Below the pieces are notes generated by a model, which did not search any database, was not told where the DNA came from, and saw only the letters and a program-made list of their open reading frames with translations. A stretch of 64,000 bases of DNA from an uncultured delta proteobacterium (GTDB lineage: Bacteria; Myxococcota; Myxococcia; Myxococcales; Anaeromyxobacteraceae), in NCBI GenBank assembly GCA_963828255.1, contig CAWHDZ010000012.1, positions 20,262-84,261 of the forward strand, in the 5' to 3' direction. Shown one piece after another: positions 31,759 to 41,836 of this stretch; position 1 is the first letter of the stretch; every line of letters starts with the position of its first letter. A program made the translations under genes and the position numbers.

Positions 31759-34260
31759 ATGACCTCCATGAACGAGCGGTACGAGCCCAGGTCCATCGAG
31801 CCGCGCTGGCAGAAGCGCTGGGACGAAGCCGGTGTCTTCAAGGCCGGCCGCCGCGCCGGGGCCGAGAAGCGCTACGTCCTCGAGATGTTCCCGTACCCGT
31901 CCGGCGCCATGCACATGGGGCACGCGCGGGTCTACACCATCGGCGACGCGCTGGCCCGGCTCCTGCGCATGCGCGGGTACGACGTGCTCCACCCCATGGG
32001 CTTCGACGCGCTGGGGCTCCCGGCCGAGAACGCCGCGCTCAAGGACGGGCGCCATCCCGCCGAGCGCACCCGCGAGAACATCGTCTCCTTCCGCGAGGAC
32101 ATGAAGCGGGCCGGGTTCGCCTTCGACTGGGAGCGCGAGTTCGCCACCTGCGACCCCGAGTACTACCGCTGGAACCAGTGGTTCTTCCTGCGCATGCTCG
32201 AGAAGGGGATCGTCTACCGGCGCCAGGGCAAGGCCAACTGGTGCACCGGTTGCAACACCGTCATCGCCAACGAGCAGGTGGTGGACGACGACCTCTGCGA
32301 GCGCTGCAACTCGCCGGTCGAGGAGAAGGTCATCCCGGAGTGGGCCTTCCGCATCACCGACTACGCCGACGACCTGCTCGAGGGGCTGGACGGCCTGCGC
32401 GAGTGGCCCGAGCGCATCACCACCATGCAGCGCAACTGGATCGGGCGCAGCCAGGGGGCCGAGGTCGACTTCGCCGTGGCCGGCCAGGCGGAGCCCATCC
32501 GCGTCTTCACCACCCGTGTGGACACCATCTTCGGCTGCACCTACGTGGTGCTGGCGCCCGACCACCCGCTCACCGCCCGGCTCACCACCCCGGAGCGGAA
32601 GGCGGAGGTGCAGGCCTTCGTCGAGCGGATGGCCCGCATCGACCCGGCCGGACGCACCGGGGAGGACGCGCCCAAGGAGGGGGCCTTCACCGGGTCCTTC
32701 GCGGTGAACCCGTACAGCGGCGAGAAGGTCCCGGTCTGGATCGCCAACTTCGTGCTGGCCGGGTACGGGACCGGGGCCGTCATGAGCGTCCCGGCCCACG
32801 ACCAGCGCGACCTCGAGTTCGCCCGCACGTACGGGCTCCCCGTTCGCGTCGTCGTCCAGCCCGCCGGGGGGGAGCGCCTCCCGGCCGGCGACCTGCTCGG
32901 GAAGGCCTTCACCGAAGACGGGGTGCTGGTCGACTCCGGGTCGTTCACCGGCCTCCCCGGCGAGGAGGCGCGCCGGCGCATGTCGGCGCTGGCCGCGGAG
33001 AAGGGGTTCGGCGAGCCCTCGGTGAAGTACCACCTGCGCGACTGGGGCTTCAGCCGCCAGCGATACTGGGGAACGCCCATCCCCATCGTCTACTGCCCCG
33101 ACCACGGGGCGGTGGGCGTCCCCGACGCCGACCTGCCGGTCACGCTGCCGCCCGAGGCCATCATCACCGGGACCGGCGAGCCTCCGCTGGCCAAGGTGCC
33201 GGCCTTCGTGAACACCACCTGCCCGACGTGCGGAAAGCCGGCCCGGCGCGAGACCGAGACCATGGACACCTTCGTGGACTCGTCCTGGTACTACGCGCGC
33301 TATCTGTCGCCCCGCGACGCCGAGCGCCCCTTCGGCCAGGCCGAGGCGCGCCGCTGGCTGCCGGTGGACGTCTACGTGGGCGGTCCCGAGCACGCGGTGA
33401 TGCACCTGCTCTACTTCCGCTTCTGGCACCGGGTCATGGAGCAGCTCGGGCTGGTCTTCGAGAAGGAGCCGGTGAAGCGTCTGGTGACCCAGGGGATCGT
33501 GAACGGCCCCGACGGCCGGAAGATGTCCAAGCGCTGGGGCAACGTGGTCCAGCCCGGCCCCATCATCGACCGCTTCGGCGCCGACACCATGCGCATGTTC
33601 ATGCTCTTCGCGGCCCCGCCCGAGAAGGACATCGACTGGTCCGACGAGCAGGTGGACGGGATGTTCCGCTTCCTGTCGCGGGTCTGGCGCATCTTCCACG
33701 GGCGCCAGGAGACCTTCCAGGTCCCCGACCGGGTGCTCGCCGACGCCGCCGGCCCGTTCCTCGAGCTTCGCCGCAAGACCCACCGCACCATCAAGCGGGT
33801 CACCGAGGGGCTGGAGGGCGACCTCAAGTTCAACACCTCCATCGCCGCGCTCATGGAGCTCGTGAACGAGCTCTACGCCCTCGAGCCTTCCACCGACGCG
33901 GATCGCGCCGCGGTGAGGGAGGCGCTCGTCGCGGTGGCGGCCATGCTGGCCCCGTTCGCCCCGCACGTCGCCGAGGAGCTCTGGCACGAGGTGCTCGGCC
34001 CCGCCGTGCGCGGCCAGCTCCTCGCCGAGTCGCCCTGGCCGTCCTACGACCCGGCGCTGGTCGTCGCCGACGTGGTCACCATCGCCGTGCAGGTGAACGG
34101 CAAGCTGCGCGGGGAGGTCCAGGCGCCGCTCTCGGCCGGCGAGGCCGAGGTGCGGGAACTGGCCCTCCAGGAGGAGCGGGTGAAGGCCCACCTGGCCGGT
34201 AAGACCGTCCGCAAGGTGGTCTTCGTTCCCAGGCGGCTCATCAACTTCGTGGTCACATGA
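31759..34260 (+). CDS. leuS: Leucine--tRNA ligase
   Basis: [13 protein letters not shown] (HIGH-type), KMSKR, GTGAVM editing domain, VQVNGKLR. Confidence 0.97.
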   Translation: MTSMNERYEPRSIEPRWQKRWDEAGVFKAGRRAGAEKRYVLEMFPYPSGAMHMGHARVYTIGDALARLLRMRGYDVLHPMGFDALGLPAENAALKDGRHPAERTRENIVSFREDMKRAGFAFDWEREFATCDPEYYRWNQWFFLRMLEKGIVYRRQGKANWCTGCNTVIANEQVVDDDLCERCNSPVEEKVIPEWAFRITDYADDLLEGLDGLREWPERITTMQRNWIGRSQGAEVDFAVAGQAEPIRVFTTRVDTIFGCTYVVLAPDHPLTARLTTPERKAEVQAFVERMARIDPAGRTGEDAPKEGAFTGSFAVNPYSGEKVPVWIANFVLAGYGTGAVMSVPAHDQRDLEFARTYGLPVRVVVQPAGGERLPAGDLLGKAFTEDGVLVDSGSFTGLPGEEARRRMSALAAEKGFGEPSVKYHLRDWGFSRQRYWGTPIPIVYCPDHGAVGVPDADLPVTLPPEAIITGTGEPPLAKVPAFVNTTCPTCGKPARRETETMDTFVDSSWYYARYLSPRDAERPFGQAEARRWLPVDVYVGGPEHAVMHLLYFRFWHRVMEQLGLVFEKEPVKRLVTQGIVNGPDGRKMSKRWGNVVQPGPIIDRFGADTMRMFMLFAAPPEKDIDWSDEQVDGMFRFLSRVWRIFHGRQETFQVPDRVLADAAGPFLELRRKTHRTIKRVTEGLEGDLKFNTSIAALMELVNELYALEPSTDADRAAVREALVAVAAMLAPFAPHVAEELWHEVLGPAVRGQLLAESPWPSYDPALVVADVVTIAVQVNGKLRGEVQAPLSAGEAEVRELALQEERVKAHLAGKTVRKVVFVPRRLINFVVT

Positions 34261-34739
34261 GCCGCTCCGGGATCGCAGCCGTCCTCGCCGTGCTCGCCTC
34301 GGGGTCGGGCTGCGGCTACGCGGTCGGCTCGGGCGCGGCCCGGCTCCCCTCCGGCGCCGGCCCGGTCTTCGTGGCTCCCCTCGAGAACCGCACCGCCGAC
34401 GCGGAGGCGGGCGCGCTGGTGGCGGCGGCGCTGCGGGAGGAATTCTCGCGTCGCGGCGTCGCGGGAGGGGAGGGCTCCTCGACGCGCATCGAGGGAACGG
34501 TCACGCGCGTGTCGTCGTCGCCGCTCACCACGCAGGGCGGGACCTGGCGACTCGCCTTCGAGGTCGAGGCGCGCCTCGTGGTGGACGGCCGGGAGGCCGC
34601 CCAGGTCAGGTCGCGTCGCGAGGTGGACTACCTGGGCGAGGTGGACGCAGTCGCCACGGAGGGGCGGCGCAGGCTTGCCATCCGGCGGGCGGCCAGCGAG
34701 GCCGCCCGGGAGATCGTCGAGCGGCTCGAGGCTCCGTAG
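34257..34739 (+). CDS. lptE: LPS assembly lipoprotein LptE-like
   Basis: Lipobox GSGCGY; directly after leuS. Confidence 0.75.
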   Translation: MSRSGIAAVLAVLASGSGCGYAVGSGAARLPSGAGPVFVAPLENRTADAEAGALVAAALREEFSRRGVAGGEGSSTRIEGTVTRVSSSPLTTQGGTWRLAFEVEARLVVDGREAAQVRSRREVDYLGEVDAVATEGRRRLAIRRAASEAAREIVERLEAP

Positions 34740-34756
34740 AGCCCGAACCCGTTGCG

Positions 34757-35029
34757 CTACTTCGCCGCAGCGCCCTTGTGGAGGGCCTTGGCGAGGCGCG
34801 AGATCTTCCGCGATGCGGTGTTGCGGTGGACCACGCCCTTCGACGATGCCTTGTCGATGGCCCGGGCGGCGGTCTTGAAGGCCTCCTGGGCTGCGGCGAC
34901 CTCGCCGCGCTCCAGCGACTCGCGGACCGACTTCACGGCGGTCTTCACGCGGGTGCGGACGCCCTGGTTGCGGGCGCGGCGCTTCTGGGTCTGGCGATTT
35001 CGCTTCTCGGCGGAGCGGGTGTTTGCCAA
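34757..35029 (-). CDS. rpsT: 30S ribosomal protein S20
   Basis: MANTRSAEKRNRQ...KGVVHRNTASRKISRL; TTG start. Confidence 0.97.
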   Translation of the reverse strand: MANTRSAEKRNRQTQKRRARNQGVRTRVKTAVKSVRESLERGEVAAAQEAFKTAARAIDKASSKGVVHRNTASRKISRLAKALHKGAAAK

Positions 35030-35065
35030 GTGTGCTTCTCCCTTGGGGGTTCTCGAAGGTCGCGG

Positions 35066-35094
35066 TTTCTACCGCTCGGCTTGCTGCCCGTCAA
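35066..35094 (-). promoter_or_regulatory. Putative sigma70 promoter of rpsT
   Basis: TTGACG-17 nt-TAGAAA. Confidence 0.45.
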
Positions 35095-35355
35095 GCCTTT
35101 TGGCGCACCACATTTCCTGACGACACGCCGAGTTATCCACCGCTGGGATTCTGGAGCGGTCAAGGCACCCCGACGGGATGCGAGCCCGAATTGCAGGCTG
35201 GACCAATGACATGCAAACCCATGAAATCATTGAATACATATGGATTGTTGGAGCTTTTCATCGTGTGTCAAGGAGGTGTCGTCGACCGGGAGCGACCGTG
35301 ACCCGCCTTTTTCATCCACGTACTTTCCACAAAGGGCGGGGGACCAGCCAAAGGG

Positions 35356-36204
35356 TCAAGAAGTGCCCGACGTTCGTCGGGAAACCGCCTTCGCCTCGTC
35401 CCAGAGCCGGTCCATCTCCTCGAGGGTTGCCCCCCCGTGGGAAACCCCGCGGGCCGCCAGCGCCTCCTCGACGTACTCGAAGCGAGAAACGAATTTTCGG
35501 AGCGTTCCCCGCAGCGCCTCCTCCGGGGGAATCGAGAGCTTCCGGGCCAGGTTCGCCGCCGCGAAGAGCAGGTCCCCGAGCTCGTCCTCCATCCGCGCGC
35601 GGTCACCCGACGCGATGGCCTCGTCGAGCTCCCCCAGTTCCTCGGCCACCTTGGCGCGGGCCCCTGACGCGTCGGGCCAGTCGAAGCCGACCCGGCTCGC
35701 CTTCTCGGTGAGCCGCTCGGCCCGCGCCAGCGCCGGGAGTTCGCGCGGCACGCCCTCGAGCACGCTCTTCCCGCGCCCCTTCGCCTGGTTCTCCTTCTTC
35801 TTGAGCGCGGCCCACTGACGCAGCACACCGTCGGCGTCGGTGATCTCCGGGGCGTCAGGATCGGGGCGGGCGTCGGCGCTGCGCGCGCCCGGGCCGAAGA
35901 CGTGGGGATGGCGGGAGAGCAGCTTCTCCGAGATGGCGTCGGCGACGCCGGCGAAGTCGAAGAGTCCTTCCTCCTCGGCGAGCCGGGCCTGGAAGACGAT
36001 CTGGAGCAGGAGATCGCCGAGCTCCTCGCGATGTGCCTGCGGGTCGCCGCCGTCGATGGCCTCCAGGACCTCGTACGTCTCCTCGAGGACGTAGGGGCGG
36101 AGCGTGGCGAGCGTCTGCTCCCTGTCCCAGGGGCAGCCGTCGGGCCCCCGAAGGCGGGCCATGATGGAGAGGAGGCGCAGGACGGCGTTCGAGGTCCGGT
36201 TCAT
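35356..36204 (-). CDS. mazG: Nucleoside triphosphate pyrophosphohydrolase MazG
   Basis: GCPWDREQT, EETYE, EELGDLL, GFDW. Confidence 0.96.
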   Translation of the reverse strand: MNRTSNAVLRLLSIMARLRGPDGCPWDREQTLATLRPYVLEETYEVLEAIDGGDPQAHREELGDLLLQIVFQARLAEEEGLFDFAGVADAISEKLLSRHPHVFGPGARSADARPDPDAPEITDADGVLRQWAALKKKENQAKGRGKSVLEGVPRELPALARAERLTEKASRVGFDWPDASGARAKVAEELGELDEAIASGDRARMEDELGDLLFAAANLARKLSIPPEEALRGTLRKFVSRFEYVEEALAARGVSHGGATLEEMDRLWDEAKAVSRRTSGTS

Positions 36205-36251
36205 CGCCGGTTTCTAGCGCGGAATCCCACGTGCTAGCATCCCAATCTCGC

Positions 36252-38345
36252 GTGAGAATCCCAGCGATCGCCTCCCTCGCCGCCTGGCTCCTGCTCCTCC
36301 CGCCATCCCCGGCAGGAGCCCAGGTCCAGGCCCCTTCGCTCGTCGAGGGGGAGCTCCGCGACGAGGATCCGAAGGCGAAGGCTGCCGCCCGGTCGGGCGA
36401 GGCCGTCCCGGAGCCGGCTCTGCCCCCCGAGCCCCTCCCACCTCCCCCTGTGGTCCCCTCGCCCTCCGCCGCACCGCTCATCCAGGGGGTGGCGCCGGGC
36501 GTGAGCATCGGACCCGAGGAGCTGAAGAAGCTCCAGCGCCCCCTGCAGCCGGTCGGCATCTCACCCTCCCGGATCGACGAGCTGTGGCAGACGCGACGCA
36601 AGGCGAGCCGCGAGCAGGACGGGCCGGCCAGCCGGGCCGCGGCCGTCTCTCTCCGGGACGCGATGAGGGAACTCGGCATCGCGAGCCTCCCCTGGCACGC
36701 CATCGCCGAGGTGCGCGACGCGGAGCGGTCGCTGCGCACCCGGGCCGTGGACGACGCCGTGGAGCACGCGTCCACCGCGGTCGTGCTCGCCCCCGACCTG
36801 CCCGAGCCGCACCTCGCGCTGGCGCGGGCCCGCATCACCGCAGAGCCCGCTCGGCCGCTCCCCGCGCTCGCGGCGGCCTGGGCCGGCCTCGTCGCCGCCG
36901 CACGCGACCCGCACGTGGCGCGGGCGCTCCTGGGCGACGTCACCGGGGCGGCCCTCGCCGCCCTCTTCGGCGCCGCCGCCGCCACCATCGGCGTCCTCTT
37001 CCTCTCCCGGCTGCGCATCTTCCTCCACGACTTCCGGCACCTGCCGGTGGTCCGGTCGGGCACGCCGGGTCAGTCCACCGCGCTCGCGCTCGCGCTGCTC
37101 GCACTGCCGTTCGTCTTCCGCCTGGGGCCCTTCGCGGTGCTCCTCGTCGCGTCGCTGGCGGCCTGGGCCTATCTCTCGACCTGGGAGCGCATCGCCATCA
37201 CCGTCTCGCTGCTCGCGCTCGTGGCCATCCCCGCCCTGGCCGGGCAGGCCTCCCGGGTCACCGCATGGCAGGGGACGCTGGCCGACGACGTCCACGAGAT
37301 CGAGGCGGGCTGGCCCACCCCGGAGTTCGTGGCCGAGATGAAGGAGCGCTCCAGGCGCGAGCCGTTCCCGGCGACCGCGCTGCTCGCCATCGGCCGCTGG
37401 CACAAGCGGCAGGGAGAGCTGGTGGAGGCGCGCCGGTGGTATGACGCCGCCCTGGAGGCCGACCCGCAATCCGCCGAGGCCCAGGTCAACCTGGGCAACG
37501 TCCTCTTCCTCGAGGGGGACCTCGAGGGGGCCAAGGGCGCCTACCTGGCCGCCGTCGAGCGGTCCAGCGATCTTTCCACGCTCGCGGCCGCCCAGTACGA
37601 TCTCGGGAAGCTGTACCTCCGGCTCGCCAGCGTGGGGCAGAGCTCCGAGGCGAGGCGCAAGGCCCAGCAGGCCGACGCCGCCTACCTGGCGCGGTACGGC
37701 TCGGACGACGACTTCCGCGCCAACGCCTGGCTGGTGGACGCGCTCCCCTCCGCCGACCGGCTGGCCGAGCTGGCCGCCCGCGACCCGGGGCCGCGCGCCG
37801 TCGGTGAGGCGGCGCTGCGTCGGGTGGCCGGGCCGCTCGCCCGATGGGGGTGGCCCCTCCTGCCGCTCGGGCTCGTCGCCTCGCTCTGGGTGTTCGCTCT
37901 CCTCGTCCCGCGGCTCGCACCGGCGGCCCCCTGCGACCGGTGCGGCCGGTCCGCCTGCAGGCGCTGCGACCCCGGGGCAACGTCCAGCTGCGGACAGTGC
38001 GTGAACGTGTTCATGCGCCAGAACGCCGTGGACCCGCGCGACCGCAACCGCAAGGAGATCCAGGTCCGGCGCCACGCCCAGGTCCGGCGCTGGATCGAGC
38101 GCGCCCTGGCCGTCGCCGGAGGGGGCGCGGGTCACGTGGTGGGAGGGCGCCCCCTGCAGGGATTCGTGGTGGTCTTCGCGCTCCTCTTCCTGGGGTTCCT
38201 GGCCTGGTTCTGGCACGGGGTGGTTCCGCCTCCCCAGCACTCCCCGTACGCGGTGGCGCTGCGCCTCGGCGTGGCCGTTCCCCTCTTCGTGCTCCTCTAC
38301 GCGTTCGCGGTCCGCGACGCCTTCCGCCGCACGCGGGAGGACTGA
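36252..38345 (+). CDS. Membrane TPR-repeat protein with C-terminal Cys cluster
   Basis: Signal peptide, TM segments, TPR (AEAQVNLGNVLF), CDRCGRSACRRC...CGQC. Confidence 0.75.
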   Translation: MRIPAIASLAAWLLLLPPSPAGAQVQAPSLVEGELRDEDPKAKAAARSGEAVPEPALPPEPLPPPPVVPSPSAAPLIQGVAPGVSIGPEELKKLQRPLQPVGISPSRIDELWQTRRKASREQDGPASRAAAVSLRDAMRELGIASLPWHAIAEVRDAERSLRTRAVDDAVEHASTAVVLAPDLPEPHLALARARITAEPARPLPALAAAWAGLVAAARDPHVARALLGDVTGAALAALFGAAAATIGVLFLSRLRIFLHDFRHLPVVRSGTPGQSTALALALLALPFVFRLGPFAVLLVASLAAWAYLSTWERIAITVSLLALVAIPALAGQASRVTAWQGTLADDVHEIEAGWPTPEFVAEMKERSRREPFPATALLAIGRWHKRQGELVEARRWYDAALEADPQSAEAQVNLGNVLFLEGDLEGAKGAYLAAVERSSDLSTLAAAQYDLGKLYLRLASVGQSSEARRKAQQADAAYLARYGSDDDFRANAWLVDALPSADRLAELAARDPGPRAVGEAALRRVAGPLARWGWPLLPLGLVASLWVFALLVPRLAPAAPCDRCGRSACRRCDPGATSSCGQCVNVFMRQNAVDPRDRNRKEIQVRRHAQVRRWIERALAVAGGGAGHVVGGRPLQGFVVVFALLFLGFLAWFWHGVVPPPQHSPYAVALRLGVAVPLFVLLYAFAVRDAFRRTRED

Positions 38346-38348
38346 TCC

Positions 38349-39491
38349 ATGGCGCTGACCGGCACGCTCAAGGACTTCGGGATCGCCGAGATCCTCCAGC
38401 TCATCGGGCAGCAGTCGAAGAGCGGCGTGCTGCACCTCAAGAACAAGGCCGACGAGATCCACGTGGTGATGTGGATGGGCTCGGTGGTGAGCGCCGAGTA
38501 CGCCGGACGCAAGGCCCGGGAACGGCTGGGCAGCCTGCTCGTGCGCGCCGATCTCATCACCCCGGAGCAGCTCGAGGAGGCGCTCTCGGTGCAGAAGCGG
38601 ACCCTGCGCCGGCTCGGTGACATCGTCGTCGAGCTGGGGATGGTGACCAAGGAGCAGCTGCGCGAGATGACCGTGCTCCAGACCACCCAGACCCTCTACA
38701 AGCTCTTCCCCTGGAAGACCGGCACCTACGCCTTCGAGCCCCGGGACGTCACCTTCGACCGCGACACGGTCTCGCCGCTTCGCTGCGAGTCGGTGCTCAT
38801 GGAGGGCTACCGGATCATCGACGAGTGGCCCATCGTGCGCCGGAAGATCACCTCGGCGGCCATGACCTTCGAGCGGCTCAAGGAGCTCGACCCCTCGGCG
38901 GGGCCCGTGGACGGGCGGGGCCCCCGCGACGGCGAGTCGGCGGCGCTGGGGAAGAACGAGTGGCGCGTCTACGGGCTGGCCGTGGACGGGGCCACCGTCG
39001 AGCGCATCTCCGACCGCTCCCGGCTGGGCGAGTTCGAGGCGTCCAAGGCGCTCTTCAACCTGGTGAACCTGGGCGTGCTGCGCGCCATCCCCCCCGCCAG
39101 CCGGTCCGCGGCCGCGGGGGTGGAGGCCTACGCGCGAAGCTGGCGGGAGCGGGTCCGGCGCGGCGCTGCCGGAGTGCTCGCCACGGTGGTCATCGCGGTG
39201 GCCCTGGCGGCGCTGGTCCTGGTGGTCACGGGCGGCGGTGCCCCGGGCCGGGCGCCGCTGCGCCCCGTCGACGACAACCGGGCCGAGCGCTTCATCTCGC
39301 GCTACCAGGTGGAGCGGCTCCGGGCGGCGCTCGAGGTCTACCGGGTGGAGAACGGCGCCTATCCGCAGAGCCTGGAGGCGCTGGTGGAGACCGGGCTGGC
39401 GCGGCCGCGCGACCTCCGCTATCCGTGGTCCCAGGCCTACGCCTACCGGCGCCAGGGGAACGGGTACCTGCTGGCGCCGCCCGTGGAGTGA
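38349..39491 (+). CDS. DUF4388 domain protein with MshEN-like motif, TM helix and GspG-like C-terminus
   Basis: MALTGTLKDFGIAEILQLI (DUF4388); tandem RLGxx(L/I)V motifs; LEVYRVENGAYPQSLEAL. Confidence 0.75.
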   Translation: MALTGTLKDFGIAEILQLIGQQSKSGVLHLKNKADEIHVVMWMGSVVSAEYAGRKARERLGSLLVRADLITPEQLEEALSVQKRTLRRLGDIVVELGMVTKEQLREMTVLQTTQTLYKLFPWKTGTYAFEPRDVTFDRDTVSPLRCESVLMEGYRIIDEWPIVRRKITSAAMTFERLKELDPSAGPVDGRGPRDGESAALGKNEWRVYGLAVDGATVERISDRSRLGEFEASKALFNLVNLGVLRAIPPASRSAAAGVEAYARSWRERVRRGAAGVLATVVIAVALAALVLVVTGGGAPGRAPLRPVDDNRAERFISRYQVERLRAALEVYRVENGAYPQSLEALVETGLARPRDLRYPWSQAYAYRRQGNGYLLAPPVE

Positions 39492-39516
39492 GGGGCGCCC
39501 CGCCCCAGGAGGACGA

Positions 39517-40512
<996 letters not shown>

Positions 40513-41836
40513 ATCCCCGGGGGTTCCCCGGCCACCGGAGCACTCCGGGTGAATAGGTCCATGTGGGCGTCGCCGTAGACCTGGCGTGCGGCTTCCCTGT
40601 TGTGGACGTCGCAGAGGACCCTGCAGTTCTCCACCGTGGATGGCCCGCCCCTCCCGCGTGGCACCACGTGGTCGATCTCCAGCCTCACCTCCGAGCCGCA
40701 CACGCCGCCCGAATCGACCTTCCACTGGCACTTGCCCGCGTCCCGCTTGCGAACCTCCCGCTTCACCTTGGGTGGAACGCTGGCCCGCCGCTTCTCCTGC
40801 TGGGCGAGCAGGAGGTCCAGCGCGGCGTCGATCACCTGCTCGTCCGTCGCCCCCGGCTGCACGTGCGATTGCCCCGCCCTGGCCCGCTTCAGCTTCGCGA
40901 CCAGCGCCCTCGACACGGTGACGTGGATCCGGCTCACCGTCGAGGTGAGGGGCTCGACGATGGTCCTCACCGGTTCCCGCGCGAGTTCCGGAGGAGCCGC
41001 CCAAAGTTCACCCGGATGAACTGGCGAAGTCGTTGATTTCACTGGGGGCGGGATCTCGGTGACGACCGTCCTCCTCGGCACCACCGCCGCCGGCATGATC
41101 TCCACCGCCACCTGCTTCGCCTCCTGCTTCGAGCAGTGGAAGAACTTCGGCAGCGCCTCGGCCCGGTTTGCCTCGGTCATCACCTTCGCCAGCTGGACGA
41201 TGCTGGTCAGACACAACCGCCCGTCCCGCAGCGGCTCCACGACCTCGGGGAACCGGGCGACGAGCCGGGCCGCCACCTTCCGGTAGTGGGCCGCTCCCCG
41301 GGACACCTTCAACTCCCGGAGCAAGTAGTCGAAGAGGTTGGCGAAGCCAAGCCTCCGGTACGCCCCGGCCCGGTCGAACTCCGAGAGGGCGACGAGGAAG
41401 TCCGCGAGGGCGACGTGCTCGCGGTGGAGCAGGTCGGCGAGACGGCGGGAGGATTCGCGGGCCGAGGACAGGTTCGTGTCGTTCATGGATCCACTGTCTC
41501 ACGGGAAATTTCGACCTCGCCAAGCGCGCGAGGAAGCCCGGGCACGCGCCTTTCCGTGCGGAGATCTCGAACCTCGCCAGGCTCATCGATCGCCGCCCCA
41601 CGGCCCGATGTGGCCGCGTCGCGGGCCTTCCACGCGCGACCCGTTCGCGGAACGTGAAATCGTCGCGAAAGGCGTCAAGCACTTTCCATCGCGCTTCCAC
41701 GCACGACCCATCTGCCCGACGGTCCACGCCGCGGACCACCGTCCAGCGTCTTGCGTCCGGCGCGGCCTCGCAGGCGTCCCCCGCTGTTCCCCGCCTCCCT
41801 TGCCATCCGTCCGCCCCGGTGCGAACCTCCGCCCTC

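Noticed and set aside
34257..34757. holA absent after leuS-lptE (and argB absent between hslU and argD)
   Set aside because: Gene-order variation; the genes may simply lie elsewhere in the genome.
35030..35355. oriC call
   Set aside because: No perfect DnaA boxes and no dnaA/dnaN/gid/par genes in the window; cannot be supported without GC skew.
41504..41582. CRISPR array
   Set aside because: Only two imperfect repeats and no cas genes; kept only as a leader feature.
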